64,000 nucleotides of DNA from Octopus vulgaris (GCA_951406725.2 OX597815.1:140120001-140184000), one strand, 5' to 3'. Positions 40,137 to 55,716 are shown, counted from the stretch's first letter. Numbers and translations are program-made. The notes: generated from the letters alone by a model not told the origin.

Positions 40137-41438
40137 TCTATATATATAAAAGACAGTTTGTCTGTCTGTGCGTCTGTCAGGTTGTACCCTCACCCTGACC
40201 ACGGCTTTCAACTGATTCTGATGAAACTTGACACACACATAGCCCAATGTCATAATTCAAAACTAACGCAGTAAAAATTTTCAAAAGTTCCCCTAGTTTT
40301 GAAAAAAATTGATCAATTCGACATGGGGTCGAGAATCTGAGCTTATCATATGCAACACATTTTCCGTTGTAATTTTCGCAACTTGCAATCGATTTTCACC
40401 AAACTCATGGTGAAGCTTAATGTTACCATAAGAAACTTAATTCTGACGTTAGTTTTCCATGCAATACCTTACCATCACAAAAAATCGATAAAATCATGCC
40501 ATTTTGGGAAATCGCATTCAAATTCAAGATGACATATTTTCGACAATATCTTTAACAAATTGGCAGGAATTTTTTTTAAATTCACAGCGCGCATCATGTC
40601 TGCTCCAAGGAGCTATATGGCCCTTTTGATTCCATTAGGATACGTTATTACTGGAAAAAATATGTTAATTACATCATATGTGGCACACATAGCAAACCGA
40701 TTTTTCTGCGATAATTTTTGAAAGTTCACATAGATTTTCCCTACACCGATGTTGGACATCAAGTTTGCATTAAATGTCAAACTAACGACCTTTTGTCAAT
40801 GCAGTTAACAAGTATTGGGAGAAATCGACAAAACCATAACACTTTGAGACCGATCATGCGAACCCTACAAAACTGACTTTTGTTAAATAGTTCGCGGATT
40901 TCAGGCGATTTAGTCAATTTTTGCCGCTTCAGCTAGGAACGTCGTATACACAGAAGTATTGGAGTGAAGAGAAGACGTTGCAACCTACACATGCGTCTTC
41001 GTTCCCTAGAGGGAAAGGACTAAATCGGGATTAGTCGTTGCCTACTAGAGGCTCACGAGCCCCCTTTCGCTAGACTTAAGTTAGGATTAGGTAGGGCTTA
41101 GCTGTGGTCCGAACCCAACTTGGGTTTGGGGCAGCGGTATCGAAAGGGCCGGCATGTGCAACCTTATCACCTCTGCCTGTCGATCTCCCAACCCATGCGT
41201 TCCCGTCGTGACACTGACCCGCAGAACTGGGTTGGGTGTGCTAAACAAAACCAGAAAATGCACTTTGACTGTCATAGATTTTCTTCATGCATGCAAGTAC
41301 CTTGAATGCCTTAATGCCTTTTAGGCTTCATTTTACAAAATAACGGTTCAATGAGTACAAAAAAGGGTAAAAAGGTAAAGGGCACTGCTTATCGACAAAG
41401 TTTCTTACATACCCGGGCAACGCCGGGCTATGCTGCTA

Positions 41439-41439
<1 letters not shown>
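40137..41439 (+). mobile_element. Non-autonomous Helitron
   Basis: 5' A|TCTATATATATAAAA start, 3' CCCGG-GCAACG-CCGGG hairpin then CTAG|T. Inserted in a (TA)n tract with no target-site duplication. Confidence 0.8.
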
Positions 41440-41501
<62 letters not shown>

Positions 41502-44388
41502 CGAATACATATACACACACGTATACATACATATAGACATATATATATATATTAGTTTTATCAACTGAAAAGTATCAACATAAAAGTTTATTGATGAAAG
41601 GTCTTTACAACAGAAGTAGAGTCGAACTTCTTATATATAGGGGTCGACTGTAAATTCAAGTGTCATCTCTCGAGACTTATTCAAACAGTTTTGAAGCAGC
41701 GAAGGATGTGAACATTATGAGAGAAAACTGAAAATCTAGTGTCCTTTGAACGATATCCCCTGGTGACACTTATTCTGCCCCTACGATTTATAGACACTCC
41801 TCTTTTACTTCCACTGTCACAATTACAATGAACTAGAGATTCGCTCGGCGCTACTTTTCGTAAATTACGATATAAAATATTAAATAAGTCAATAAATTAT
41901 TGCTACAGTTTGTAAATAGAGACGCTCTGTATATTTATTATTTATACAGCTAGAGTTTGCAAACAGGGAATTTCTATAAATATATTAATATGATGTATTT
42001 GCTGAAGATAAGAAGTGTAAAATACACATAGAAAGGTACATACTATGTCATACGTAGCGGTATGGTATTTTCCTTGATCTGTTAATGAATTATCTTGAAT
42101 AAGATATTGTGAAGGAGAAATAAATAACAAAACCAAAAGCTTCAAAAGAAACTCTGGTTGTGTATTAGTGAAATGAGATCTTTGGTTATATCCGGGTATA
42201 ATTCACCTCAAATTCTCGTTATATAATTTTCTGCTGGTTTACTGTGCATTTTGTTTATAGTTTATTTGAATCGTTCTAGATATCATCTCTTTGTGATCAA
42301 ACTAAAAGAAGCAATCAATAATACTTTTCGAACAACTCAAAGAATTTTAAAATAATGATCGGAATATCTTAAATTACGTAGTTCAGCTCAACGGACTTCC
42401 TGTTTCAACTTCTAAAATCTCTTATTCTACCTGTTGGAAGAGTCGTTACTGTATCGGGATAAATCGTTTTGCAGTAATCATTGTGACTATCCGCGCTCTG
42501 AGTTCATATGTCAGCTTTGCCTTTCCTCCTTTCTGGTTGATAAATTAAGTATCATTTTTGTACTGGAGTAGACTTTTGCCTTTCATCCTGTCAACTTGTC
42601 TGTCTTTCAGGGAGAAATTGGCTGTTTTCAGACCTGTAGAAGGATAAGCTCCACTCTGTCTAAGATAGTCCAGAAAAGTTATATGTCGTAACGGCACTTC
42701 TACAGAGTTCAGTGCTCAAGGAAATATAGTTAACGAGTTTTCTTGGATATAGCAAGAAAATACAAAGAAACGGGGTGGTGTGAGTGTGAGTGTGATAAGC
42801 TTAGACCCACTTCACCATCATCGCATGGCTCATGGTTGTCTGAAGCGGCGTACATTCAAAGACAAGCATTTAGACCATGTTTTCGGTATGTTAATAATCT
42901 TCTCTTCTTCCGCCCATCATTCTCGGTGGCTCTCAAAAAAAAATAAATAAATAAAAAAACATAAAGGTCACTGCCCTGTATTCTCTAACCAAGTTGGAAA
43001 GCAAAAATCAATTAAAGAAAACTATTTTATGAAACTCTGGCGATATGGTTAGTATGAAATATATATTATTGGTTTCAAGTTAACATGTGTGGGTTTACAA
43101 CTAATTTATACGAGCCATTAGAAACAGGTTATGAACCATGCCACAAGTTACACCGTACCGTCATTGGATAACATCGACATAGATACGATATGATAAAAAA
43201 ACAAGGTGGTTTCACTGAAACGTTATTGTTCGCAAGTTTTCTGCGATCAAGGCTCAGCTCCGAGGCTTGTGGAATATCTATATGTGTTTTTTGGGAATAC
43301 CTGATAGCTCTTTCCACTTTCCATCTACACCAGAGTGCGTTAGTGTAAAGTTATTAGTAATTTTAGAAGATACTATAACGCAAGTGGCGGATAATTCTCG
43401 AAATGTATGTTTAATGTGCATTGTTCTTATTTGATCTTAATGTATTTAATAATATCGATTTAGCAAACACATGCTAACCAAACAATAAACGTGGTTCCTT
43501 AAACATTGGTTCCTTAAACTGTAAACAAAATGCTTTCCACTTCATAACTACATTTATTTGACCTTCTTTTTCCTATTTATGAATTCTTACACAGTTTTCG
43601 CTGCAAGACTGTCCCAACAGGTTTCTAGTAAAATAATTTCAGAAATAATATTTTGCATTATTTCTTATTTTTTTCAATTCTTTAGGAAAAGAGTGAGAAT
43701 AAATAATGAAACTATACTAGAAAGTTAGAAACTGTTTGTCATTGGCAGCTGTTCTCTTGCCAGCCATATTTTATATTTGTCAAGTTTGTCTTAAACAATA
43801 CAAACAAAAATGTCTAATGGGAATTAAATATTTCTTTTGCCTGTAGCATAGAAATGATGAACTTTAAAAATAGTATTTAAACTAGAAAATGACATCAAAC
43901 TGTTTCGAGCATTAGTAAGTTGATTTTTACTTCGGAAATATCTGATTTAAAATTCTGTAGAGAAGATAGGAAAGATACAAGATTTGGTTTCCTTTCTTCC
44001 CAAATAAATTTCGTGAAGATTTTTTTGTGGAAATGCTCCCACATATCATATAACAGGTAAGATTCTAATTTTTGATTTTGAGTGCTGTCATAATCGAAGA
44101 AAAGTCAGCGTTTGTAACATTTCTTCAGACCTCTGAAAGTGACAGATAGATTGGTCAAAGTTATCATCACTCAGCAAAAGGGCACCCAGTGTCAAAACGG
44201 TGGTATTTAACCGGGTGAAAGTTTAAGTTTATCGCAAACAAGAACCATCTCTCTAGTGTGTTTCCAAATAGATTCTGCTCACCAAATTTACAAAGATTGC
44301 GTTGACCTGAAGCTATGGTAGAAACACTTGAAGTGTCACGTAATGCAAACGAACCCGTCATTGAATAACTTTGAAACAAAATTTATAA

Positions 44389-45014
<626 letters not shown>

Positions 45015-45104
45015 AATGTTTACCGAATATGGTCCTTTTCCATACCGAAATACTACTAGGTGAAATTTATTGATTTTATTAAATTAATTATATTTCACCC
45101 TTTA

Positions 45105-45202
<98 letters not shown>

Positions 45203-46178
45203 TACATATCAGCATTTGAAAGTACAGGTACGCATCACTCAAATATAGCTTGGTAACGTTTAGCATATTTTCTCTATTTATTTTTGGTGTCCATGTTGTC
45301 GCGAACAGACGATTATACTCTCTCGACCCTCTCAGTTTTATCCAACGGGACATCCAGCAGGAAACAGAAGGAGAAACACTTGTGCCAGCATCTGTCTGGT
45401 ACTCATCACAACTGAATAGTCAGCGGCAACGTGAAATGAAATACCTTGCTTAAGAACACATATGTTGCCTGGTACCAGAACTGAACACACGACCGTATAA
45501 TCATGAGCCGAATGCCCTGAAACCAGCGATGGGCAGCTTATTTTGAGAAGCGGTCTGCATGAACCATGACGGATTACGGGCGGCGACACGGTTAAAAAAA
45601 AAATATTCAAGATAATTTTTCAGTTGGTGTCCCATTCAGAAAGTCTCACGGGTAGCAGTGTTCCCTTGACTCTAAACACTAGGCCACGGGCCTTTGTACG
45701 ATCCAACATTATCAACGCTAATACGAGACGGGAAAAAGGAAGCAATCAGATTGACGTAGCAAATGATAAATGAGCGGTTCGAGTTCAACGAGTAGCTGTT
45801 TCTTTTCCGGCCTCGAAACATAATTTCCTTTCACATATATTTGAGAATGAATTAGTAGCAATAGTAACAACAACAAAAACAGCGGCAGCAACAACAACAA
45901 CAACAACAATAACAACAACAACAGACTACAGACAACAGATGAATTGATTACAAAGTAGCCTAATTAGAAGCAATTTAAGATCTGAAATATTGCTAAACTA
46001 TAAAAAAAGTCAGTCCCGTGTTCTGTCTAATTAGTTAAAAGTGTGACCATTAAATCTAATTACAATATATAGGAATGACACATCGTTTTAATAACTTTAC
46101 TGTGAATTAAGATCATCAGACGAATGGTAAGCTATTGTAACGGAAATGCAGCTGCAAACAAAATTGGAAGAAAAACTA

Positions 46179-46229
46179 ATCATCATCATCATCATCATCA
46201 TCACCATCACCATCACCACCACCACCATC

Positions 46230-46278
<49 letters not shown>

Positions 46279-46355
46279 CTACCACCACCATCATCATCAT
46301 CATCATCGCCATCACTATCACCACCATCATCATCATCACCATCACTATCACCACC

Positions 46356-46452
<97 letters not shown>

Positions 46453-46455
46453 TAA
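46179..46455. repeat. (CAT)n/(CAC)n/(AAT)n compound microsatellite
   Basis: Direct reading. Explains the poly-H/I/D/M ORFs. Confidence 0.97.
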
Positions 46456-46809
46456 TAAACCCTCATACAGTACCAGGTAGTGGCTCTCATGGCTTCTTAT
46501 CTTAACTGATTGGAAGTGTTGTCATGTACATTGTTTTGTCTTGGTATAAAAAATGGGCTACAGCAAATATTCTGCTCAATACCACAGATTTGCTTGTCGG
46601 TTGTTTGACCTTAACCAATTGAGCATGACCCGTAGTGGCTGACGATATGTGCATCTCTTATCACGAGCAGAATTAGTTGGGGAGCATCATAGCCATGTGT
46701 TGAGAGGAGTTCATTGGGGTCTGAATGATTTACCTTTGGAATCATAAGTGTTTTGTTCAATATCCGTAACAACCCATGTTGAGGGACCTTTTGAGCGGAT
46801 TGGAGATGG

Positions 46810-48057
46810 GTGGGGGCTAATCGACCTGAAGGAAATCTCTGTGTTAGACCGAATAGAGAAAGGGGAGCTTAAAAGCGAACAAAAATACAGGGCGCTGAGA
46901 AGGAAGTATAATATTGAAAGAAAGGGCCTGAGAATGGTTATGAACAACTGAAACAGCACCTCGTTGCAAAGAAAGCAAAGCAAAGATGGTAAGATACGAC
47001 CAAAGAATGAAGGGTTACTACAAAAATAGGTTATTCAGAGTAGATCAAAAGAGATTCTATAAAGAAATAGATGGAGAGTGTACAAATGAAAAGTTGATAC
47101 CAGATAACAATGCAAATCAAAAGTTTTGGAGTAACACTTGGAACAAAGACAAGGAGCACAAGAAGGATGCTGAATGGTTGCAAGAACTGAAACAAACAGT
47201 AGTATGTCCAAAACAGGCAGAACTAGTCATTTCAGTTAGGGAAGTGAAGGAAATCAGCAAAAACACCGAGTAACTGGAAGGACCTGGGACCAGATAGAGT
47301 TCAAGGCTACTGGATCAAAAGATTTGGTGAATGTCATGCACGAATAGCTGCGCAACTCAACACCTTGTTAAATGGCGATCAAATAACAACAGAGTGGTTG
47401 ACATTGGGTAGAACAGTGCTGTGCTTAAAAAAATCGGAAAAAGCAATACGGTAGATAATTACAGGCCGATATCCTGTTTGCTACTTATGTGGAAGTTATT
47501 GACTGAAATACTCGCAGAGTTAATCTATGAACATCTGGAAAAGAATGGAGTCCTGCCACATGAGCAGAAGGGTTGCAAGCGTAAGTCCAGAAGTACCAAG
47601 GATCAACTCCTGATAGACAAAACTCTACTTAGAGACTGCAAAAGGAGGAAATGTAACTTAGCCATGTCATGGATCGACTATCGTAAGGCGTACGATATGA
47701 GCCCACATTCTTGGATTATGGAATATATGAACCTATTTGGTATTGCATGGAATGTTGAGCAATTGCTTGGAAAAAGTACGGCGAATTGAAAGACGGACCT
47801 GACAGCATATGGAAGAAGTAGAGATTAGGAGGGGCATCTTCCAAGGGGACTGCCTGTTCCCACTGATCTTTGTACTGTGCTTGATACCACTAACACTGAT
47901 TCTGAGGAAAGCAAAAGCTTGGTATGTATTCAAAAGCCGCCAACAAAATGTCCATCATTTGTTATTCATGGATGACCTCAAACTTTATGGTAAAGATGAA
48001 GCCCAAGTCAGTTCCCTCGTTGATATGGTGTATACCTTCAGTGCTGATATCAAGATG
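46810..48057 (+). mobile_element. R4/Dong-clade non-LTR retrotransposon RT pseudogene
   Basis: 'NRLFRVDQKRFY', 'NYRPISCL', '[20 protein letters not shown]', '[14 protein letters not shown]', 'RGIFQGD', 'HLLFMDDLKLY'. Frameshifted. Confidence 0.92.
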
Positions 48058-48071
48058 AGGACAAATATCCG

Positions 48072-49440
48072 TCAATTGTAAATAATGTAAATAATGTACA
48101 TAATTGTAAGTAATATAATGTACATAATGCCCCATCTCTTAAATATAGAACTATGAAACACTTTCGTGTAAATATGATGAAATTTCCCTGTCATTTTGTT
48201 CATTCCTTCAGAGCGTGATGTTAATAACTCACAAACATATTTCTCCTTATGCATTTTGAAGACTGAAAGTGTAGTAGATTCAGAATATTTTCTGGGAATG
48301 TACACTTTCAAGTCTTTTTCAAAATTACAGCCAATTGATGTAAAATATTCGGCAAGTTCTGTCGAACTTCTGCTATTGTACTTGACGTCATACATGTGTC
48401 CATTGCATCTTTTGTTTAATTGTTCTGTAGTACCACCAACATAAATCAAGTTGTGTTTGATGCATTCTGCTGCATACGCCAAGTGGGAATCTCAACACGT
48501 TCCACCTTCGTATAAATTATAACATGTCTCTTATTATTCCTGATGGAATTGACTTGACTCATGTTGTTGTACAATGAAAAAGGCTTACCTCTCTTGCGGC
48601 TGTTTTTCAAGGTACATCGCACAGAAATTCCAATGTTAGTTTTCTTGGAGACGGAAGTAGAGATTAATAGTTCTCTTATATTTTTATTCAGTCTAAAGGC
48701 TACAATAGGCGGCTCAGGGAATATTTATTTGAAACGAGGACATTTTTCCGCAACGTGCTGGTAACTTTCATATAACACTTTTGAAATGACAGCGAAAATT
48801 CGTTGCCACTTATCACATATTTTACTTTGCTAAAATTACGCATGAAAGTTTGACTTTCCTTGCTAATATTAGGTGTGTCATTTGCAATTTCCTTTAATCG
48901 TGATTCACTATTAGTGCGTTTGACATAATGGTGTAGAAATGCATTTGCATATTTCCAGTAATCCCCTATATCAGAATAAATCCATTTATCCTCAAAATTA
49001 GGATTTCGGATTTGACCGAATTATATGATTTAGATGATCGGAGCGGCAGTGGAGGTAAATGTTAGATGATATGGGCTTAAAAAATAACTCTGATGCTATT
49101 CTCCTTCCAGAAAACTTGACTTTTGTGCCCAAAAATTCAACGCCAGATTTTGAAAAACCGGACGTAAATTTTATGTTGGATTTAAAGCCATGGTTTTTAG
49201 CATAACAGTCACAGAAGTGCATGAAGTCAATTAAATTATCCTGTGATCCTTCCCAGACAAAAAAGACGTCATCAATGAACCGTAACTAGAGTATTGCTTC
49301 ATGACCATGTAAGGGCATGAATAATTTTAGTAACTGTTTCTCGAATTTCGTCATGAAGACACTAGCGAAATTAACTGCCATGGAGCTACCCATGGCGCAG
49401 CTCCTCGTCTAGTGGTAAAATTGTTGTCCAAACTTCATTG
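48072..49440 (-). mobile_element. Penelope-like element remnant (RT plus GIY-YIG)
   Basis: 'CAMGSSMAVNFASVFM', 'DVFFVWEGS', 'IKFT..S...VEFLG', 'LFFKP....YLHCRSDH', then GIY-YIG 'YAAECIKHNLIYVGGT..QLNKRCNGH...GMN'. Confidence 0.9.
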
Positions 49441-49479
49441 TGTTACTTTGTAATACAAACCTCAATAGCCTACAAGGCC

Positions 49480-49611
49480 TTAATTTATCGACTCCGAAAG
49501 GATAAAAAGCAAAGTCGATCTCGGCGGAATTTGAACTCCAAACGTAAGGACGGACGAAATGCCGCCAAGCATTTTGACCGGCATGCTAACGATTCTGCCA
49601 GTTCACCGCCT

Positions 49612-49612
<1 letters not shown>
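49480..49612 (-). mobile_element. SINE family 1 5' part
   Basis: Reverse-complement head and core. Confidence 0.85.
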
Positions 49613-49654
<42 letters not shown>

Positions 49655-49825
49655 GCTACTGCTACTAGGTATGAAGCAGATTTTAGCATTGACTTCCCAT
49701 TGAATCCTTTGTGGCTTGGCTTTTAATACCGAGGATTGAAGCCATACCAACAAAATAACTGAATTTAATAGTGTTGTACAAGAAATGACATCTCAGTTTT
49801 AATAATTTACGCACGCACGCACACA

Positions 49826-49933
<108 letters not shown>

Positions 49934-50507
49934 GCGAATTTCAACAGGAGCTGAAGTTCGGTAAGCAGTTAATCTACAGTCTCTATTATAACTATTGAGA
50001 ATTGTCGTTGCATTCCTACAGCTTCCGGATTTAGTTGGGATTATCACCGTATTAATATATAACCTGCTGTAATTATATAGATAAGAAAAATGAAATATAA
50101 GCCCAAATACAATATATCAACATAGCTACACACGGACACACATACAAACACACATGCACGTACACATAAACAAACACAATCATACACACACAAACACACG
50201 CATGAACACGAACGCGCACATATTATACGTAGGTATCTATCTCGGGAGCAGTTGTGTATCACAATAGCCGCTGCGTGGATACATCTGTTGAGATGCTGTA
50301 TCTTCGAAGTCCAATGACTTTCGTTCATTCTTTCATTCAGCCACTCATTATTTATTTATTCCTTGGCAGACACTATGCAATCGTCATATTCGACTGACGG
50401 TCAATTATCCATCTCTCGCTCTCATTTTTACCTCCATTCTCCATCTTTCTCTTTCTGTCCATCCCTCTTTACCCCATACTTCGCTTGTGCGCGCGTGTGT
50501 ATTTACG

Positions 50508-50598
<91 letters not shown>

Positions 50599-50638
50599 GT
50601 ATATATACATATATACATATACATATATATACCCCAGC

Positions 50639-50701
<63 letters not shown>

Positions 50702-50904
50702 ATACCTACATATATATGTATATATACATGCATATATGGGTACAGGACATTAAAACAAAAACATTGAACACAATGAGAAACGAAAACATAAAAACAGAAA
50801 CATAGAAAACGAACTTTTTGTCGAACAACGAAAATAAAGAGAAACGAGACATGCAACATAAAGAATATTCCCCTTCATCAGTTGTCCCTGCTTCATCTAC
50901 TCCG

Positions 50905-51315
50905 CGTAGCTGTATTTTGATGAGGATGGCTTCAATACTTGTTATGTTGCAATTTGTAAGTACCTCACTGTTATGGACATGGTCACTCGGTTTTATGAGG
51001 GAGATAATACGCAAGCATCGCCTATGAAAAGCGTCAAACTGATTGATGTGCTTTCGGTACAAAGTTCAAGATTCAGAACCATTTGTCAAGACCATCGACT
51101 TATATACATTAAATTTCACCTTTAACGATACGTCATGGCTGTTCCATAGCCAGTGATAAAGCTTAACGAAAATGGAGATAGCCTTCTCGATTCTGGACTC
51201 GATTTCTTTATCCGTCTTCGCATCATTGGACACAATGGAACCAAGATAAGTGAAGGAGAAAACAGTTTTTAATGCTTTCCCGTCAATATACACACTTGGA
51301 ACCCAATGGATAACC
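50905..51315 (-). mobile_element. RTE-clade LINE RT C-terminal fragment
   Basis: 'FTYLGSIVSNDA..DKEIESRIEKA', 'VSLKVKFNVYKSMVL', 'FHRRCLRII....DHVHNSEVL'. Confidence 0.9.
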
Positions 51316-51374
51316 AATTATAGCACTTACGTAGCGTACCTATAGGTTTAGATCACTAGTGAACTAAGCCCCTC

Positions 51375-51413
<39 letters not shown>

Positions 51414-51416
<3 letters not shown>

Positions 51417-51575
51417 CGCAGGAGTGGCTGTGTGGTAAGTAGCTTGCTTCCCAACCACATGGTTCCGGGTTCAGACCCACAGCATGGTACCTTGGGCAAG
51501 TGTCTTCTATAGCTTCCGGGTGATCAAAGCCTTGTCAGTGGAGTTGGTAGACTGAAATTGAAAGAAGTTCATCTT
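51414..51575 (+). mobile_element. SINE family 2 5' half
   Basis: GGCGCAGGAGTGGCTGTGTGGTAAGTAGC head. Confidence 0.88.
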
Positions 51576-51616
<41 letters not shown>

Positions 51617-52876
51617 GAAACCATTTGAAGAACTGAACTTGCTGAAAGTATGTCTTTTAGCTATAGAGTAGTCTCTATGGCTCAACACTTGTGTATTAAC
51701 ATCTATTGGTTCATTGCTCTCGGTTTTGAACTCATAACAACGCCGTTCTTATGTTCTTGACCGATAAACGCAACAAGTGTTATTTTGGGATTTATTTTTA
51801 ATGGTTTGTTCTGGAGGAGGAATCCGTGTCCATGGATTTTGCAGAATTTCTGAGGCTGATGAGATCGACGTAGATGAAGTTCTCCATAGAAACATTCATT
51901 ATTTTTCGAATGATGGTCTTGTAGCATTTGCGATGACGGGTAAAAAACTACCAACTACAGATGTCGAAAGATGGAGGATTATTTCGACCAAGTGTTGTTG
52001 GCCATGTGGCTTGGTTGAACCATTCTACCGCACTGCTGTGAGTGAAAACCCAGTCCTGTTTGGAAACTGGAGTCTTGGAAACGGCTTCATGCAACAAAGA
52101 ACAAACATTCGAGGAACTTTCTTTCTCTGCGTGTGACTGCATTCTCCTATAGAATTTCATAAATTGCATACATCTACTATAACAAACCACCATATACACA
52201 GTAAGTAGATATCTTTCAAGTTAATAAGAGAGCCTTCACATGGTAAATCGACCAACTAGAAATATCAGTAGATTCTCATTCAAACTTACTGTCTTTAAAA
52301 AAGAAAAAAAGGAAGGGCGCATTGGTTAATTCAGTTCCTAGATATATTGTCCGGAAAAAGAGCGTTAAGCCTTTAATCATAGATCCAGTGAAACAGAACT
52401 GATGGGGAGCTAAACAAAAACGGCAATACATGAATGGATAAATAGATAAATAAGCAAGGCATCTTCAAAAGCCACCATTGTTCAGTTCAACGTTTCAATA
52501 TTTGTGAAATCAACGCATCACTTTTATCAGGCACGCTCTTTCCATATTTCATCTCAATGCTTTCCATTTTTGACTTAACAATCTCAGTTATTCCATTTTT
52601 CACTCACCATACTCACTGGTTACATCTCCACTTAGCGATATCACTGCTTATAATTTTCAATCACTGAAGACGAACATTATTTATCGACGTCAGTAAAAAT
52701 TCAAACAGTAAATTAGAGTAGTGCTTTGGCATTTTATATTTAATAAATCACTTGCATCTATGTGTGTCCCCAGGTTAGATGAAATATATACAGATATTAC
52801 ATATATATTTAATCATTTCTTTCTCCACCTCTCTCTCTCTCTGTAGTCTCTCTGTAGACATGTACAAACATATATT

Positions 52877-52926
<50 letters not shown>

Positions 52927-53035
52927 CGTGTGTGCCTGTATAAACGCGCGCACGCGCACACACATATATGCATAGTGAGAGGAAGATTGCGTTTCGATGT
53001 TTTCGTATGTTTATCTATTTGCGATAGTTTATATA

Positions 53036-53155
<120 letters not shown>

Positions 53156-54464
53156 TGTTTGTTTATACATATGAAGTTATCAATATGTTTGAGTGTATTT
53201 ATATGTGTATAAACATGTGTGTATACAAACACATGAGATTATGTATTTGCGTACGTGTGTGTGTGTTTGTGTGTGTGTCTATGGTTATATTTACGTACGT
53301 ATATATAAAGAAGATAGAAGATATTGGCTTGCTGTCAGTAGAGTCTTGAAGATTTAACTGTACTTTACCAGCACCATCACCACACCGTGACCCCTACAGT
53401 GACCACTAAAACCACCACCACCACCACTACCACCATCACCACCAATTACGACAAGAGCAAGCACAACAACATCGTTCAACTATTTCTGTTCCGAGATAAG
53501 GAGACCAGTGTCAAACACAACAACTTGATTGATGTGTGCATCAGTTTTTGTTTTTCTTATAGTCCCTGATAGAATCAACGCGAAATGCAGTTTGCCATAA
53601 AGACAGACTGGCCATTCCCGCTAGAATATCAACTGACCGTCGATGTCATCTGACCATTTCTTTCAGAACTTTGTGCATAGAAATGGTTGAGAGCGGCAAT
53701 AGATAACTTGTGTAAATCCGATCATTTTCTGTTGCATTCGTTCACAAACGTGATATCGATTTTTTATAAAAATATGGTTTTACACAAATAATGTTATAAA
53801 CTTTTTTTGGAGTTTCAATCTCTTGTCTGTCGTATATTTATTTTGGGCGAAATTATTCCACTCCTTCTCTGCAAGACAAAGCCTATCACTTCTATTTTGA
53901 GTTTTATCGTGTTCGGTTCAATCCTGCTGTAGGTTTAATGCTATATTTGATGATAAAAAGTACGAAATAATTGTTATTATCTAATTCCTAATTAATCAAG
54001 ACTGTTAAAGAAGACCATATGATCACATCACAAATATTTTCGGCCTGTCTTTTATTATAGGAACAGTGAACTAGATTATCAATTGTTTATAGATTGTAAG
54101 GTATAGCTTGAGGAGTTTGGCTGCTATTTTTAGGAAGTCAAACGACTACGTAGAAACCTCACCTCTTTTCTGTAAGCTAACCATCTGTATTGCCAAAATG
54201 CATTTGATTTGTTCCATTCAGTTCAATGATTCTCTAATTTAGGACAAACCTAATAGTAAGTTGTAACATATACATATACAAACACACACACACACATACG
54301 CAGGCGTGCACACACACACGCGTGTGCTGACACATATACATACACACACGTGCGTGCACACATACATATACACACACGCGTATTCTTTTTGATCTTTCAT
54401 TGCACAAGGAAAGGCAGGGACAACAAAACATGGAAACAAATTTGTGATATCTTCTAGTTCTTGT

Positions 54465-54765
54465 GGAGGCACATGGCCTAGTGTTTAGAGCAGCGGACTC
54501 GCAGTCGAGGGATCGCGGGTTCGAATCTCAGACCGGGCGATGTGTGTGTATATAAACAAAACACCTACTCAGCACGCGGCTCCGTCAGAAGGTAATGGCG
54601 AACTTCTGCTGACTCGTTCGCCACAACGTTCTTTCACTCTTTCCTCCTGCATCTAGCAGTTCACCTGCGACAGACCGGTATCTTGTCCAGGTGGGGAACC
54701 TGTACGCCAATGAAACCGAGAAACCGGCTCTTACGAGCCAGGCATGGCTCGAGAAGTAACAGCAA
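54465..54765 (+). mobile_element. tRNA-derived SINE family 4
   Basis: A-box TGGCCTAGTG and B-box GGTTCGAATCTC, then a ~230-bp GC-rich body. Confidence 0.75.
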
Positions 54766-54899
54766 CTTTTAATTCTTGGGTTTCGAGCACTATGTTTGAT
54801 TATAGCAAATACAGAAAATAAAGGGCAAAAATCATGAGGGTTACTCTGTAAATGGGGTACTCTGCAAAGGGGGGAAATTGTTAGAGACATTACGACAAT

Positions 54900-55520
54900 A
54901 TAGAAGGAAATGCTGCCAAGATAGCTGTAATTTTGTCGAGGTTTGTTCTTGTAAACAGTTTCAATACTAATTGTGAACAAGAGGATGTAGTTGTTCCGTG
55001 AAACTGTGTAGATTATCATTTCGGCCTTTAGGAGATCCAGATCAATATGATAATATGATGCAACAAATCGATAATATTCATCTGGATTATCTAAGGCACC
55101 AGGATTGATGATAATATAAGCCACGAGTGCACAAAGCATGTTTTGATTATTATCACTAAATCATGAGTCAATTTCTGCAATGGTTTTATCAAGACTGAAG
55201 TAACAGGTATATCTGAAATGATAGTCTTTGACAGTTTGCACCTGAAGTGCTCCTGTTGCTGATCAAACGACCAGAGATATCGATGAGATAATATTTTTCA
55301 TTCAAGGAGCTTTTGCTTCTTTCAATGGAGGTCATATCCCAAAGATTTCTTTCATAGTTCCACATAACTTCTCAGTTAATTTCCAAACGCTTTCAAATCT
55401 GTTTCAATTTCTGTTAGTATAAAATTTTCTTGGATGTTGCAGTTATTCTTCTAGTTGTTATAACATCTACTGTCTTCCCTTGGTACCATTTGCAGAATCT
55501 GTTTGTACTTCGCAGTCTTA
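54900..55520 (-). mobile_element. hAT (ZMYM1/Tip100-like) transposase C-terminal remnant
   Basis: 'QGKTVDV', 'YFSLDKTIAEIDS*FSDNNQNMLCAL' and 'VASYYHIDLDLLKAE' resemble hAT C-terminal regions. Multiple stops. Confidence 0.6.
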
Positions 55521-55675
55521 TTTTCAGCAAAACCTTTTCATTTAAGAAGCCAAAATTACCTGACATTCAATAATGCTAAGTAACAAGTTCAGTGGGCACA
55601 TACGCCACACCTGATTTCCATACAGGTATACTCGAGCACGAGTATGTATTGAGATGGACATTGCAATGGTGGTGA

Positions 55676-55716
<41 letters not shown>

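Noticed and set aside
54585-55139. 184-aa minus-strand ORF as a membrane-protein gene
   Set aside because: It is a chimera of a hAT remnant and the antisense strand of a SINE.
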